DNA of 64,000 nucleotides from Ophelia neglecta (Eukaryota): NCBI GenBank assembly GCA_965285935.1, contig OZ260661.1, positions 34,472,001 to 34,536,000 of the forward strand, read 5' to 3'. Shown piece by piece: positions 23,999 to 36,746 of this stretch (position 1 is its first letter; each line of letters starts with the position of its first letter). The notes under the pieces were generated by a model. It saw only the letters and a program-made list of their open reading frames with translations, ran no database searches and was not told where the DNA came from. The position numbers and the translations under genes were made by a program.

Positions 23999-25180
23999 AT
24001 GCCCCGGATAACAGCATATGCGACGCGACGTAAATATGCTTATCGAGTGCTCTTTATAATGACCGCCATGTTAGGTGGCATGTCAGTGATTTCTAAAATA
24101 AACACATCTGGTCCGTCAGACAGCAGTAACACTGGACAAATAATAAAGGCTGAAGAACAGCAATCACTGATACGATTACCAGATGCTCCATATCAGAAAG
24201 GGAAAATCGATGCCAGTAAGGTGAACAGCGCATGCCCAGTGAACTGTGTCCCCGAGTTTCCATGTCAATACCAAGAGGAAGCGAATTTAAGGATAATTGT
24301 GATCACGATGGACCGAGCCGACTCCCTGACGAAATGTCTCAACTCTGTGAGTGCCCTGAATACCCTGGGGGATATAGTCCATGTTAACATCTGGGTGGAC
24401 AGATTCAAAAATGGCAGCGTCGATTCTAAGACGCTGAAGGTTTCGGAAGAGTTTGCCGATAGGTGGCAGTACAAGTTGAAGAAAGGCTCGGCTTGCGTTA
24501 CTTTGCAACCTCGTAATGCATACATCCATCTCCAGTGGGTGCACACGTGGCGGCCACAAAACAACTCGAAGGAAATCGGGTTGATATTGGAAGACGATGT
24601 TGATGTATCGCCATTTTCATACAAATGGCTGAAGCTGGCTCACGAACGCTACGATAACGACTTCCGGGTCACGGGATATGCAATTCAAGGTCAAAACCTA
24701 ATATCGTTTGGTAGGAAAAATGGCAAACGACAAACATTGCGCGGGCGCACAAACGACACTACTTTTTACTGGCCTTTTATGAAGACTTGGGGATTTAGTC
24801 CAAATGGTCAAAATTGGCGATACTTCCAAGAATGGTACGCGAGGAATAGGTGGGACCCAAAGGTCAAACCTTATGTCAACAACAGCATAACAACGAACTG
24901 GTATAAATCATTTGAGAAAAAGGGCATCCAGGCCTCGCATTGGGAACAATGGCATCATTATTATTCCTCTTTACATAACTTTTATTGTGTTTATAATAAT
25001 TTTGCCCATTATGCTGGTAAATGGTTGGCGTCAAACCGGATAGAAAAAGGCTTACACTTCAGTGGTACCAAAAGCCATAATTATGATAGTAATCTTATGA
25101 GTACATGGCGAAAGAAATATGAAGAATTTTCTCCTAACCCAGTCCATCTTGACATATATGGAGATGTATCAAAACTGTAA
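23999..25180 (+). CDS. 393-aa type II membrane glycosyltransferase-like protein (GT-A fold, GT2/GT13-like)
   Basis: Intact ORF; basic N-terminus plus TM (RVLFIMTAMLGGMSVI), stem, then LRIIVITMDRADSLTKCLNS, NIWVD, GLILEDDVDVSP, TWG and EKGLH motifs. Acceptor cttacctttag at about 23969; candidate 33-nt UTR exon at 22391-22423. Confidence 0.88.
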   Translation: MPRITAYATRRKYAYRVLFIMTAMLGGMSVISKINTSGPSDSSNTGQIIKAEEQQSLIRLPDAPYQKGKIDASKVNSACPVNCVPEFPCQYQEEANLRIIVITMDRADSLTKCLNSVSALNTLGDIVHVNIWVDRFKNGSVDSKTLKVSEEFADRWQYKLKKGSACVTLQPRNAYIHLQWVHTWRPQNNSKEIGLILEDDVDVSPFSYKWLKLAHERYDNDFRVTGYAIQGQNLISFGRKNGKRQTLRGRTNDTTFYWPFMKTWGFSPNGQNWRYFQEWYARNRWDPKVKPYVNNSITTNWYKSFEKKGIQASHWEQWHHYYSSLHNFYCVYNNFAHYAGKWLASNRIEKGLHFSGTKSHNYDSNLMSTWRKKYEEFSPNPVHLDIYGDVSKL

Positions 25181-26057
25181 TATGCTTAATTGCATGTGAT
25201 TTTTTTTTCATTTTGAAGAAAGACAGTGTACTAACAATTTGTGATTTGATGTACGAGTTTGCATGTGACGATACCCCGGCACCTATGATCAAACCTAACG
25301 TTCCAAGTACCTAAGTATACTGTGTTTGTGTGGATTAAACCAGTAGCAAGATTTTGTTTCATTCGGAAAGGGAAAAACAGCTTAACAGCAAAACCACATT
25401 TTATATCGGATTACATGTGGTGTAATTGTATATTCTATTATATAGTATAGAAATCTTAGGCAACAGTTTGTCTACTGCTACATAATATCATAACGTAAAA
25501 TATAACACTGATAGTACACTTCTAAAAGTTAAATGGCTGGGTTAATTTTGTACTAGGCATCCATTCTTAATTTAATAACTTTGGCTCCCTTGTGGCTTTT
25601 GTAGTTAATATTTGTTACTTCAAATATAATGTATTTGATACAACAAATATAATAAATATTATCAATTTGACGTCAATCCTCCGTGGAATCCAAAAAGATC
25701 AATGCCAGAATTTAACATATTGAATATTAGATAGGTCTCTGTAGGGAATAAGTACAATACAACATTCTATTCGAAGTAATAGCCTACAGTTGCTACAATA
25801 CCTGTGTAAACAGAAATATGTTAAGCCTTTGCAAATAATGGTATAACAAGTAACGTTTGGACATGCTTCTGATAGTCAAGTGGTGAGTGGATGGAGGTGA
25901 TACTAAACTGCAGTTGACTGGGAGTGATGAGCTATGTGAGTGATGGTGATAAATTATGAGATTGACAATAGGCGTTTTTCGTTTGTATTTTAGAAGCCTT
26001 GAGGTTTGTTGGCCAACATTGGAAGCAGGAAATTTGCCAAAGATAAATATATATATA

Positions 26058-26160
26058 CAGTGAAACCTGTGATTTAAGACCACCAAAGGGACTGGGAAAT
26101 ACTGGTCTGATTTTGGAGGTGGTCTGATAATAGAGATGGTCTGTAAGACAGGTTTCACTG
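26058..26160. mobile_element. 103-bp Tc1/mariner-pogo-type MITE in a (TA)n tract
   Basis: ta|cagtgaaacctgt ... acaggtttcactg|ta: 13-bp TIR and TA target. Confidence 0.9.
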
Positions 26161-26887
26161 TATATATATATATATATATATCATAATATATATCATAATT
26201 ATCATACATCAAGGCATACTGCCGCCATACTATTCAACGCCATCCGAAAACGACTGTTTACTATCAGAATATCGGGCGCCCTATGGCAAAAGAAAATGTA
26301 TTGCAAAATAGATTACTCTGGGCATTGATCCTTACCACAATGACCCCTTCTGTTCCGAACTGGATGGCTGATAGCATGAAAAAAGCAGCTACCCTTTTGT
26401 GTTTAAAATATCAGTTAACTACCAAGGGTTTGGTTCTAACTGTAATCTCCGAAAGTTTGAAGCGATTTGCATGAAAACTTTTTGCAGCCTTATTTTGAAA
26501 TCAGAAAATACGGCTTAAAACGGTGTTACGAAATTGCATGCCTTAAATTAAAATATTGAATTTTACTAATAGAAAGAATATTTTACTCATATCAGTCGTT
26601 TCAGTGAACATAATTGTGAGGATAGATCTAGTAAGACTTGTTGAAAGTACTGCTGAATGTTTGACAGGAGCAGTTGGAATTTCCTGCTTGATAAGTAAAG
26701 ATGTCCTACTTGTTACGAATTTCATATTTTTTTCATAATACCGTCTTTACCACTCCAGTACGTTGACGTTTGTCCTAAATTGTAAGAAAAACAATGCTCA
26801 GTTGGGGTCTAGGAGTCACATAAATCATTATGTACTAAAACAATTACCATCAATGAAGGTGCATGGCTGAAAAGGGATGTATGATTT

Positions 26888-27370
26888 CCAGGAGGTGTGT
26901 GTCCAGAAAAAATGTGTCCGGTCCGTACCCCCACCCCCACCCCACCCCCCAAGCCACAGGATAATACAAGATGGGATATTGTTTCTTTTATGTACCGTCA
27001 ATAGTGCATGACGACCTTACTTTAGGACATGTTTGTAACTTAAGACATCGTCCAAGGTTATCTTTGGAAGGAGAGAGCAAGTTCAATTTGTTCGGTCCGT
27101 TCCCTATGTCCGGTCTGTACCCCAAAATTCAATTTCTGCTAATAGTTGTCAATATTAGCTGACTACCCAGGAGGTGTATGTCCAGAAAAAGTATGTCCGC
27201 TCCGTACAAGTCTGTATGTTTTCATGGATAAATTTTGGTTCCCTTTGTTAGTGGTTTTAGGAGTTGAGAATAATAAAATGATGTTTTTTAATGGCATGTT
27301 CAATATTGATTTTATTTTTAAGAACTTGTACAGAATGTAATATTGCCATTTGTCCGGGCCGTACCCCCAG
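26888..27370. repeat. Dispersed short direct repeats, probable transposon subterminal remnant
   Basis: ccaggaggtgt.tgtccagaaaaa..tgtccg.tccgtac near 26888 and 27167; gtccgg.c.gtacccc also near 27108 and 27352. Confidence 0.5.
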
Positions 27371-27452
27371 GGTGATACGTACATTCAGACCAGGTAAAAA
27401 CACATTTATAGATGAAAACTTTACAAGATATTTTACTCTCTGAGCAAGCTAA

Positions 27453-27835
27453 GGGAGCGTTCATTATTTATGGCCGGGTGGGGGGGGGTAAATTTGGGGG
27501 GGGACAATTTTTTTCAACCCATTTCCATGGGGGGGACAGTTTTTTTTCAACCCATTTCCATGGGGGGGACAATTTTTTTTAGTCTATTCACAGGGTGCGC
27601 AATTTTTTTTTGAAATATATATTGTACAAAAGTGAGTAGTGAAACTGATCATACTTAGACAAATTCTGTCTTTGATGGGGGGGGGGGGGCAATTTTTTTC
27701 CACCTATTTCTGAGGGGGGGGGCAATTTTTTTTCCACCTATTTCCAGGGGGGGGAAGGCAATTTTTTTTTGACGTACTCATTTCAAAAATTTACCACCAC
27801 CCCCCCCCCCCCGGCCATAAATAATGAACGCTCCC
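27453..27835. mobile_element. 383-bp PIF/Harbinger (Tourist-like) MITE
   Basis: Perfect TIR gggagcgttcattatttatggccggg / cccggccataaataatgaacgctccc; TAA on both sides; internal G-run/T-run repeats. Confidence 0.92.
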
Positions 27836-30800
27836 TAATGTTTTATTTTTACAAAAATGAGATTAATAAATTAAAATGAGATTAATAAATTAATTTACAA
27901 ATTTAATTTTTTTGCCTGCATGCTACGCAAATGGGTACCCTGATTGTGACTGAGGCGAATGGCAATATTTACACATGGTCAATCAACAGCCATGCATCAA
28001 TTATTTGCAAATATGTAAGAATTATAGGCGGACCAATGAGCCAGTAACAAACCTTTGCAAGTAGACATGTATTGTGATATAATTGGCAGCCAGAATTACG
28101 TCAAAAGTCATAAAATGGCGCATAAAATAGCTATGAATAGTGTTGACACCGGCCTACAACCTACATTGTTAATTTCATTATGTCAAGCCAAGCACATTTA
28201 AATAACATACTTCTGAGGATTGATCAGACATTCTCTTCTGGCCCACAAGGCCTATCTATACAAAACACCAAAGCTTCCTGATAGACTTCCCATAATACAG
28301 TAAACATTTTCCGCCCACTATATTGTGGAATCAAATCAATCACGACACCTAAAATGAAGTGGACTTAATTTAATTAAAAGTAGTGTTATAGATGCGACAT
28401 TTATTAGGAAAGTGGCGCTCTGTGAAGGCTAATATAACAATTATTATAAGTAGTAACAAATGGACACCTGAAGAATGGTTTCGATCAATATGGACTTTAC
28501 GTATATGTGTTCAAACGAAATACAGAATAACGAACGGTATTCAAATGTCTCGTCAGGCAAATGTGTCGCTTGAATATATACACGCCGCCCACTTGACATT
28601 GCTAGCCTCGTGTCGGACGAGACAATTTGTTCGTTATCGCCTATTATCATTTTCAACGCAGATCATTGCAAAGAAACAATAATGTAACAGGTTGGTTTAA
28701 GACTAGTGGTTGCTACTTATATTATACTATACTACTTTCCCGTTATCTTCGTGCCACCAGTCTAGCGACATTCGCAAATCTCGCCGTACTCACACTTAAC
28801 GTGATGTGAACTATTCTAGGTTATTATGTTTCTAACAGCGCTAGATATATATAAACATATATATATATATAACAATATTTCATGAAAATAAGGAAAAGCA
28901 AAGATGTGAACAGCTTTAGTTTGCAGATTAATCCACGTACGTGTCAACTTCGTTTTGTCGTGAGCACATGTTGCACTCACTCCAATAGTCAACAGGCGTT
29001 TGGTTATACAATGCGACAACAAGTGTGATAATACGCACCAAATTAGAGCTGTACTGGGATTGTTCATGGGTATACTCTCTGTGATCGAGAAGTTGGCTTT
29101 TGGGGATCTCTTCCTTTCTCTCCTCCGTTGACTAAAAATTCGTGTGTAAATTGCCCATTTGATTATCGGCGCGAAAAAAGTAGTTCGGAAATAAGGAGCA
29201 GATTTCGCGCATATTATTGCCACATATATAAATCTAAAGTCTTATTCGGTGATATTAATTGTTTATTTAAAAAATATGACCAGGTCTCTATCTCGCCTGA
29301 AGGTCTTTATCTGGTCAGCGATTGTCTGTAGGCGTCCCCGCAAAGATTAAAGACGGAGTAGTATGTCAGTAAGCCAGTTCTAGCTTTATTTCACAAGTAG
29401 GGTTTACACTACTCAATTAATGCATATGTATATGACGTTGTAGCACTTTGTTTGGAAAACTGTGTGTGACGACTATTTAGTAGGCTGGTGATGTAATGTA
29501 CTAGACCTAGTAGACAGCATTGGCGATCGAAATATGTATGTACTTATCATTAATCACCTCCTTCAGAATGCAAAACCCTTTATACAAAATATAGTCTTAT
29601 CGGCACACAAAATGACACACAACACCTGTAATAAAATAACAGAAGTTATGGAGGGGTCATGTTTGAACTAAATCTGACAGCTCATCTTAAACAATACATT
29701 CGCATACAGTCTGCAGTACAACAGGCCTTAACGGTATTATAAAATTTTAATGAAACGGGACTCCGGTGCTATACGATACACATAATATTATTTAGATCTA
29801 CAGTACTAATTTGACCATATTAGGCAATCGTGACGTCAAATATGGGCATATTTGGACTTAATTATAGCGACAATGGCGGTAAGGGCTCTCGGAACTATCG
29901 AGAAGCCTGACACTATACCCACACCCCTGATTACAAGACATAAAATCACGCTTTATTACGAAAGAGTCAAATCATAAACTTGGACAATACTGCTTGGTAC
30001 ATGTTAAATTACAATCGGCAATATATGTCATAAACATTTAACATGATTTTTACGTACAAATCTCAAGCACAAGTGACATGAAAATATGAAGATCAGCGCA
30101 ACATGCCAGCATCATGGCCTCGTGTTGCGTCATGGGAAGGCCATGACGTCACGGAAAAAATCACTGGCCTTGACCTCTACCCGAACCACAGATACAACTA
30201 CAAGTGGTAAGTAGCGCTAAACAGCCAAAATTACTCGCTCAAACACTGTTCAAAATGATTTTGATCATGTATCACTATAAGAAAATCATCTGTATTCTTT
30301 TATTAAAGTACATAAATAACAACTGGGGCTGGAATAACTAAAGGATCCTCCACTGGTTAAAGTGAAGTTGACTTTGATGGTTATAATTGTTAATAGGTTT
30401 ACGATGCATAGGTACAGTACAGATACAACTTAATCCAGGGCTTCTGACTTCAGTAGAATCATGGTCAACTTGTTAGCGTCTCGCTCCCCTCTTTTAATGT
30501 GCCAAAGGTGGCGCCTGGGTGGGGGTGGGGGGTATTATAAACGACTTGCCTGATCGGGAGCCATGCAGTGTTAAAAAAATGAATGGGGAAAAGGTAGTGT
30601 GATCCCTGTCGAACGAGCATGTGGTCCGGTTGGTCAAGCTTGTCTAACAAACCGGTACACTAGGCCTACTCGTCGAAAGTTAGGGACCCTACATAGTTCT
30701 AACTTTTGCAAACCTGTGATACGGTTACTGTGCTAAGGCGTGTGATTGATAAACGGCTCGAATTGTAGAAATTTCTTTATTGCTTCAATAAATATTTTAT

Positions 30801-31741
30801 GTATATCGTTTAGGCTAGACGGGCGTAGTAGGTTTTCCTATGCCACCATTAATACAAACAATGGTTTATTCGTGTATTTGAGACCGTAGTGTTGAAAGGG
30901 TTAAAGTTTTAACGTCTTATTGATATGATGACCAATTCACTCTCATGCTACTCTGTGGGACACTAACTGTAAAGGCGACTTAGATAGAACTGTCAATCTA
31001 GATGGGGAAGCAGTCTCTCCACAGAGAACAGGAAATTTAATGTCAATGCTTATTCTTTGTTCCACAATGAATAGCATAACAGTCAAGTATGATCGCTTGT
31101 GTCGCAGACACAATAAGATGGCAACATTTATTTTGTATGTCCACCCTTTGTGCTAAACGCAAGCTATTGCTGTTTTCTTCAGATTAAGGGTGTTCCACAG
31201 GCCTTCGCAAATATCACGTCATTAGAATATCAACGTACATTCTCACCCATTTAATAATGATGTGTACATACATTTGTGACCAATTAGCATGCAAGTGGGT
31301 CACACGAGCATAAATGGGTCTTGTTTACTATACGATATAATTAAGCGCAATTAAGCACTAAACCATTTTGTATTGGTAGAGAATGCAACCAGTAGGCGTA
31401 TCACAGATGAAAGACTATGGTTTGATCACTCAAAATAGGCAAACACTTATTTATAATAACACGAAATTAGTTTAAAACTGGGCGGCATAGACGGACATTT
31501 GGCATTATGTTATTTGTCTACAGCAATTGGATTTTTACTTAAACAGCAAGCGAAAAACCAGTGATACCCATCGGCGGTATTTTTGCATCATACACGTGTT
31601 CAACCCAGAAACCTCTTGGCAAGTACTAAATCAATTTTTTCACTATTAATCAATATTAGTGTTGACTAACATTAGTTCTTTTCTGAGTTACTCTCCACGC
31701 GATAACACCCAGTGTTATATACCTACAATCATATATTTCAG

Positions 31742-33328
31742 ATGGCGCTCACATATATTTTGCTATTTCGAGCAATAACATTGATGTGCTTTGCCGAGTC
31801 AAGTGGTGCAACTGGTGAGATACAAAATTCATTTCTTTCAGAAAAGTGCTTATATGTGTAATTATGTGAGGTGCCAGCTTAATCAACAATAGCAGGGCAT
31901 AGAGAGACCATGACTGCTTAATCAAAACATCATCCATAATTGCTAGCGGTAAATTATTACTTGTACGAAGCAATTTCAAGTAACTTATACTCAAGTTCTC
32001 CTCACGTTGTATGCTTATGACGCTTCCCGTGCAGGTCCGAACATCGGAAAAAACAGTTCAAAATCGTCACGTTGAAAAAAACTTTTATTGTAATGACCAT
32101 AGCCGCAAAATATTGTATATACGAGCATACTACTTTTCATGGTCCTATTTGTAAAAGTCTGAATTAAACGTTCAATTTTGTACACACAAGTTAAAGGTTT
32201 GACTTGCACAAAACTGCAAGGAATAAAAAGGCAATTAATCATATGTCGATTTCATTGAGTGCATTTCATGATATTGAAAATGTCGTGTGTACTCTTGTAC
32301 TGCCATACTACTTGGAATGCCCAAGATATGGACCAATTCGTTCATAGTAACATCCCCCACTTTCTAGAGGCCTACATGTCTGTTACACCTATGATTGCAC
32401 CAATCGAGAAAACAGTTTGAACCTAATAATCAAGCGAGCTGTCAAAGAAACCGAGAATTGTACATTCTGAAATTAAAATGTGTAAACTAACATTGTTTAT
32501 TCCGCAGCTTGGCTAGTCAGAGGAGGCTTTAGAAGCACTGGCTATTCTCGGGCAAGCTTAAGAAATGTAGAGGAGAAACCAACACGGCAGCTTGACATAA
32601 GAAAACCCTGGCCGGCTCTTAGAAACAGGGATGTAGAGCATAAACAGGGGAATCGAGGGCTTGCAGGGCCAAAATTGCAGAACAATGAATTAGATGATTT
32701 ACCAGGCATTCTAGAAAGGTCTAAGGCTTCAGCCATGATCAAGACAGTGCAATCTGCAGGTATGTTTGGATACACCATATCATCACAGTAATTGTCTCGT
32801 CGATTTTTACCCGCTGTTAAACAGTTGTATAGAGTAAGTCAACAAACATGATATCATATTGTGCCAACGACCGGTTGTTGTGCGATTTTTATATTTATTT
32901 AAAAGATGAAGCACGAATTCGATACACGGGGATGTTTTTATCGATCATTGACGGCTCATGTCTCATTAAGCTGTAAGCTTATTTCCTGAAAGTAGCTGCT
33001 AGTAAGTGAAAGCGACGTCGTTTACCAAAAGAGTTGCATGGTATGAGCCCCCTGGCTTTGGAACGTTATTTTAATATATGTTACAATATGTAACAATGTT
33101 TTTTTTTCAATTTGTTCCACATCTTGGTTAGTGAGAAGAAGATTTAGAAGCCGCGACCTTTTGAAGGCCAGCCTTACTCATGTGGATGGAAGAACAGGCA
33201 GGCAAATCGATGTTAAACCAGGAAAAAACCCAAACACACGCACTCGAGGGCTTCGCTTACAAGAAAAAGAAAATGGAAAAGCTGATTCATTCAAGACCAA
33301 CTCCGCTCAATACACAAGAAGGATTTGA
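31742..33328 (+). CDS. Spliced gene B: small secreted basic protein of about 173 aa, join(31742..31814,32508..32759,33132..33328); probable paralog of gene A
   Basis: caatcatatatttcag|ATG; 73-nt exon MALTYILLFRAITLMCFAESSGAT(A) ending G|gtgaga. Exon 32508-32759 (ttccgcag|...G|gtatgt) is 252 nt, phase 1-1, open: AWLVRGGFRSTG...KTVQSA. Last exon in frame from the AG at 33130-33131 to TGA at 33328. Confidence 0.6.
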
Positions 33329-34688
33329 GTAAACCACAGCTCAGTGTTCCATATTCGAATCTTGCCTGTAGAGTGTGTACTAATTATTTATACTGTGCAC
33401 ATTTCATTGTTCATATTTGACCTTTATAAATACCAAAACGTAAACATATATGCCAAAAGACTCGAAAACAATTCTTGGATTGGGAGGCTGGTGTGTTTTG
33501 GTGAGGTGCGTGGGGATGGGTTGGGTTAGGGGTGTGTGTGGGTGGAAGGGGTAGGGAAGGGTAGGGCGGACCATCCGTTAAGCACCTTTGTCGGTCAGTT
33601 ATAATTTCTTTTGAAATTAATTGTTTGTTCCCTCCAGCTTTGCTGAATGGCCTACAGATGTTATCTTTACCTGATAACTTCGATGTTTTACATGCCCAGC
33701 TATTGTTAAAAAGGATCGGAGAAAGTTTATTTCGGTTGCACTCATCATTTATTGCAAATTACCCGTGTTAAATGTAGCAGTTTTAGCAACGTGCACTATT
33801 TTTTCATCGGACAGCGAATACAATTATTTGCCTTAAATTATGCAAATTGCCAATTATGATGCATACAATGGTGCTGTAACTGGGTTAGGGTCAGACCATA
33901 TAAAGTGATCATTGATTCTAGATATTAAGATAATCGACATTATTAACTCAATGTACGATATACAAATAAACAGATAAATATCATATTTGTTTCATTCTTT
34001 GTCAATAAATACCCAGCGGAGAAATTAAACTACAGCCAGTAAAATTATTTTCATTAAATCGGCGGGAATTTATTAGCAACCAACAATGGCAGAAATATGA
34101 CCGGTACATGTTTTTCAATATAATATAGTGTAAGCTGTAATATAATTGGTGACTCGACATGTGCCTGGATGGTTGACATTGTGCATTAATGATGTTACAT
34201 TCATTAAGAAGTTTTAGAGTGAATTAAAACATGGTAAGAAATTAAGCTGAAAACTTGCGTTATGTTGCGTTACACAAGCCTGCAAAGAATTCATTAGACC
34301 TTTTGAAACAAAATGACATTTATTTCTGTAAATTACTGTATAGGTGTCTATACAGTTATCTGTTTAAGAACTAACTAAAAAAGGAAACTGGAATATATGG
34401 ACTTAATTGTTCATCGTCGTGCCATCATTCCATCTACTAATACGGGAAAACGTAAGTATTTATGGAGAATAAACATCAAATGGCAGGTCGCGATCTATTC
34501 ATCAATTGAATATATCACGATTGAGCTTTTGGTAATTTCAAACGAAGAAAACAATAAACAAAATATATTGAAACAAATGACTAGGTTTGATAAATAAAAG
34601 AAATGAAAATATAATATAAAAGATACAAGAGTTAATATGACTATGCTATCCAATTCGCTGATCAAATTGTTATAGTAGTCTTTTTTTA

Positions 34689-34932
34689 GGCATACTGGAA
34701 AACCTGATACGAAATACGAAGGAAATACGAGATACACAGATACGAAAAATTAAGATTGAGTTGGATTATGACAGGGTAAGGGGTAGGGTTAAGCTAGCAA
34801 CCTAACTAAATCATAACTTACTTTATCCTTCACCCTAACCCTAACCTAGTCCATATGGCTACGTTTTAAACACCTCGTATCTCGTATCTGCGTCTCGTAT
34901 CTGGTATTTCGTATCAGCTTTTCCAGTATGCC
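34689..34932 (-). mobile_element. 244-bp MITE with TTAGGG-like tracts, copy 2 (opposite orientation to 19696-19939)
   Basis: Same TIRs and length as copy 1; flanked by ttttttta on both sides. Confidence 0.92.
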
Positions 34933-36324
34933 TTTTTTTATAATAGTTGTTAGTATGGTTTAACCTAAAAGGCCCACTGAATGTCCTAACAAACACTGAA
35001 ATATAATTCCCCAACTATGATCAGCCTATCTAATTCCTGGAGTCAATAATACTCAAATAGCTGCTTTTCATGTTAAAAAATTCTTAGACTAACAAAACTT
35101 TCCCGACTTCGATAAGGATTTCGAGAATATGGACGCATTTCTCAAGCACTGTGTCCGTGTTCTTAAAATACGGCGGGCGATACCCGTGGCAATACTTCGT
35201 AACGCTAGACATAGTTTTTTTCGCCACCTTTTGTGCAAATTAATGGTAGGTTTCAGCACCGCCCTTTTTACATATTCACGACTGGCCTAGTCTTTTTCCA
35301 TAGTAGTCCATGGGCCATTATTTTGGGGTTCAGAATCCCATTGGTTGCCAAATTTAAAGTCCGACGCCTATGCACCAAACCTGTTAACTATGGCAACAAT
35401 AAGTGAGAAGGCTTGCGTTTAACATTACTTTACGTCTAAAGTGGGTCGGGGATCCTAGTCTCAGTTTGAAAAAGTGTTATTTGTTTGTCAGCAAAACTTA
35501 TGATATACTTGCCAGATATATATACTATTTATTGGAAAAAGAATCAAAATATCTCACTCTATTGGCTTCCTTGAAGAATTTAGCAACATAGCTACAATTT
35601 CTGTATGTTGATTTCCTGCGTTAGAGTAAAATCAAATTATTTTCTATTTCATAACCAGGAATCAATATATAGGCCTATGTTTTGCATGTGGCCTAGAGTC
35701 AGGAAAAAGAAGAAAGGCTAACTAAACTATTTTCAACGAGTAAAATTTAAAGATTAAATTGAAAAGTAATGGCGTTCGGCTACGAGCAATAGGGATAAGA
35801 TATCAAAAATCAAGTCATACGGCGTCTATGTAGATATATCGTGACCTCAACAATGGGTCAGGGATCGGGAAATGTTGACTAGAAATGGCTAGAGCATTGT
35901 GCTGATAAAGAAAGCAGAAACCAAAATGGTTAGACATATGTACTTCTTCTGCATATTTTCACGCGTGCTGCAAAGATGCCCACATAACACAAAGAGGCTT
36001 TGCAATAATGATAGGCCTATATATGGGCATGCGCATTGATTTAAACCATTTTCATATTATTATTATACCGATGCTCTGGTGCAGTATTTGAGTTTAATTG
36101 AAGCTGTGTAATAAGCCTATATAAATGTATTTAGCTTTTTTTGCACTGGGTGCCATAATCAATTACTTGTGCAATTTGTTTGCCTGTTTTTATTTTAATA
36201 TTTATACCGACATTTATTATTTGGCTTATGGACAGGCTAATAATTTGTTATTAAAGGCGCAAAATTTATTAACATAAATTCAAAATCGTTAAAAACATTT
36301 AATTTGTATGCCGATTTAAATTAA

Positions 36325-36746
36325 ACACGTTGGATAGCTCCCCTAAAAACCATATGTATATAAGATTGTATGAAGAGTTAAATTAAATTGATGACTACCA
36401 GTTGCCTTTCGTATCCCTTTATACTATCTCAAGTCAATCTTAAGTCTGAAATGTGTTAACATGTATTGACTGCTCTTCAAACGAAATGTATACCCATGAG
36501 TTAAGTCTGCTATAGGTTGGTACATTTTACAATTATCCTCGGTAAAGGGAAGCGAAATGGAGGATGATTGCTTTGTACAATACCGAAGTATAACTGCCAA
36601 GCCAGAACTGCTCGGACAGTTCATTTCTCGCCAGACACGAGAATGTCGACTGAAGTCGAGGCAAGCCTCGCAAATCCCCGGTGGTCTTTCTAGCCTTCGG
36701 TACACGTCGGATAGCTCCCCTAAAAATCATATGTATATAAGATTGT
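36325..36746. repeat. Pair of 45-bp direct repeats 332 bp apart
   Basis: acacgt(t/c)ggatagctcccctaaaaa(c/t)catatgtatataagattgt at 36325-36369 and 36702-36746. Confidence 0.85.

Noticed and set aside
24265-24624. Antisense ORFs over the GT genes (also 6790-7106)
   Set aside because: Shadow frames of real coding sequence with no independent support.
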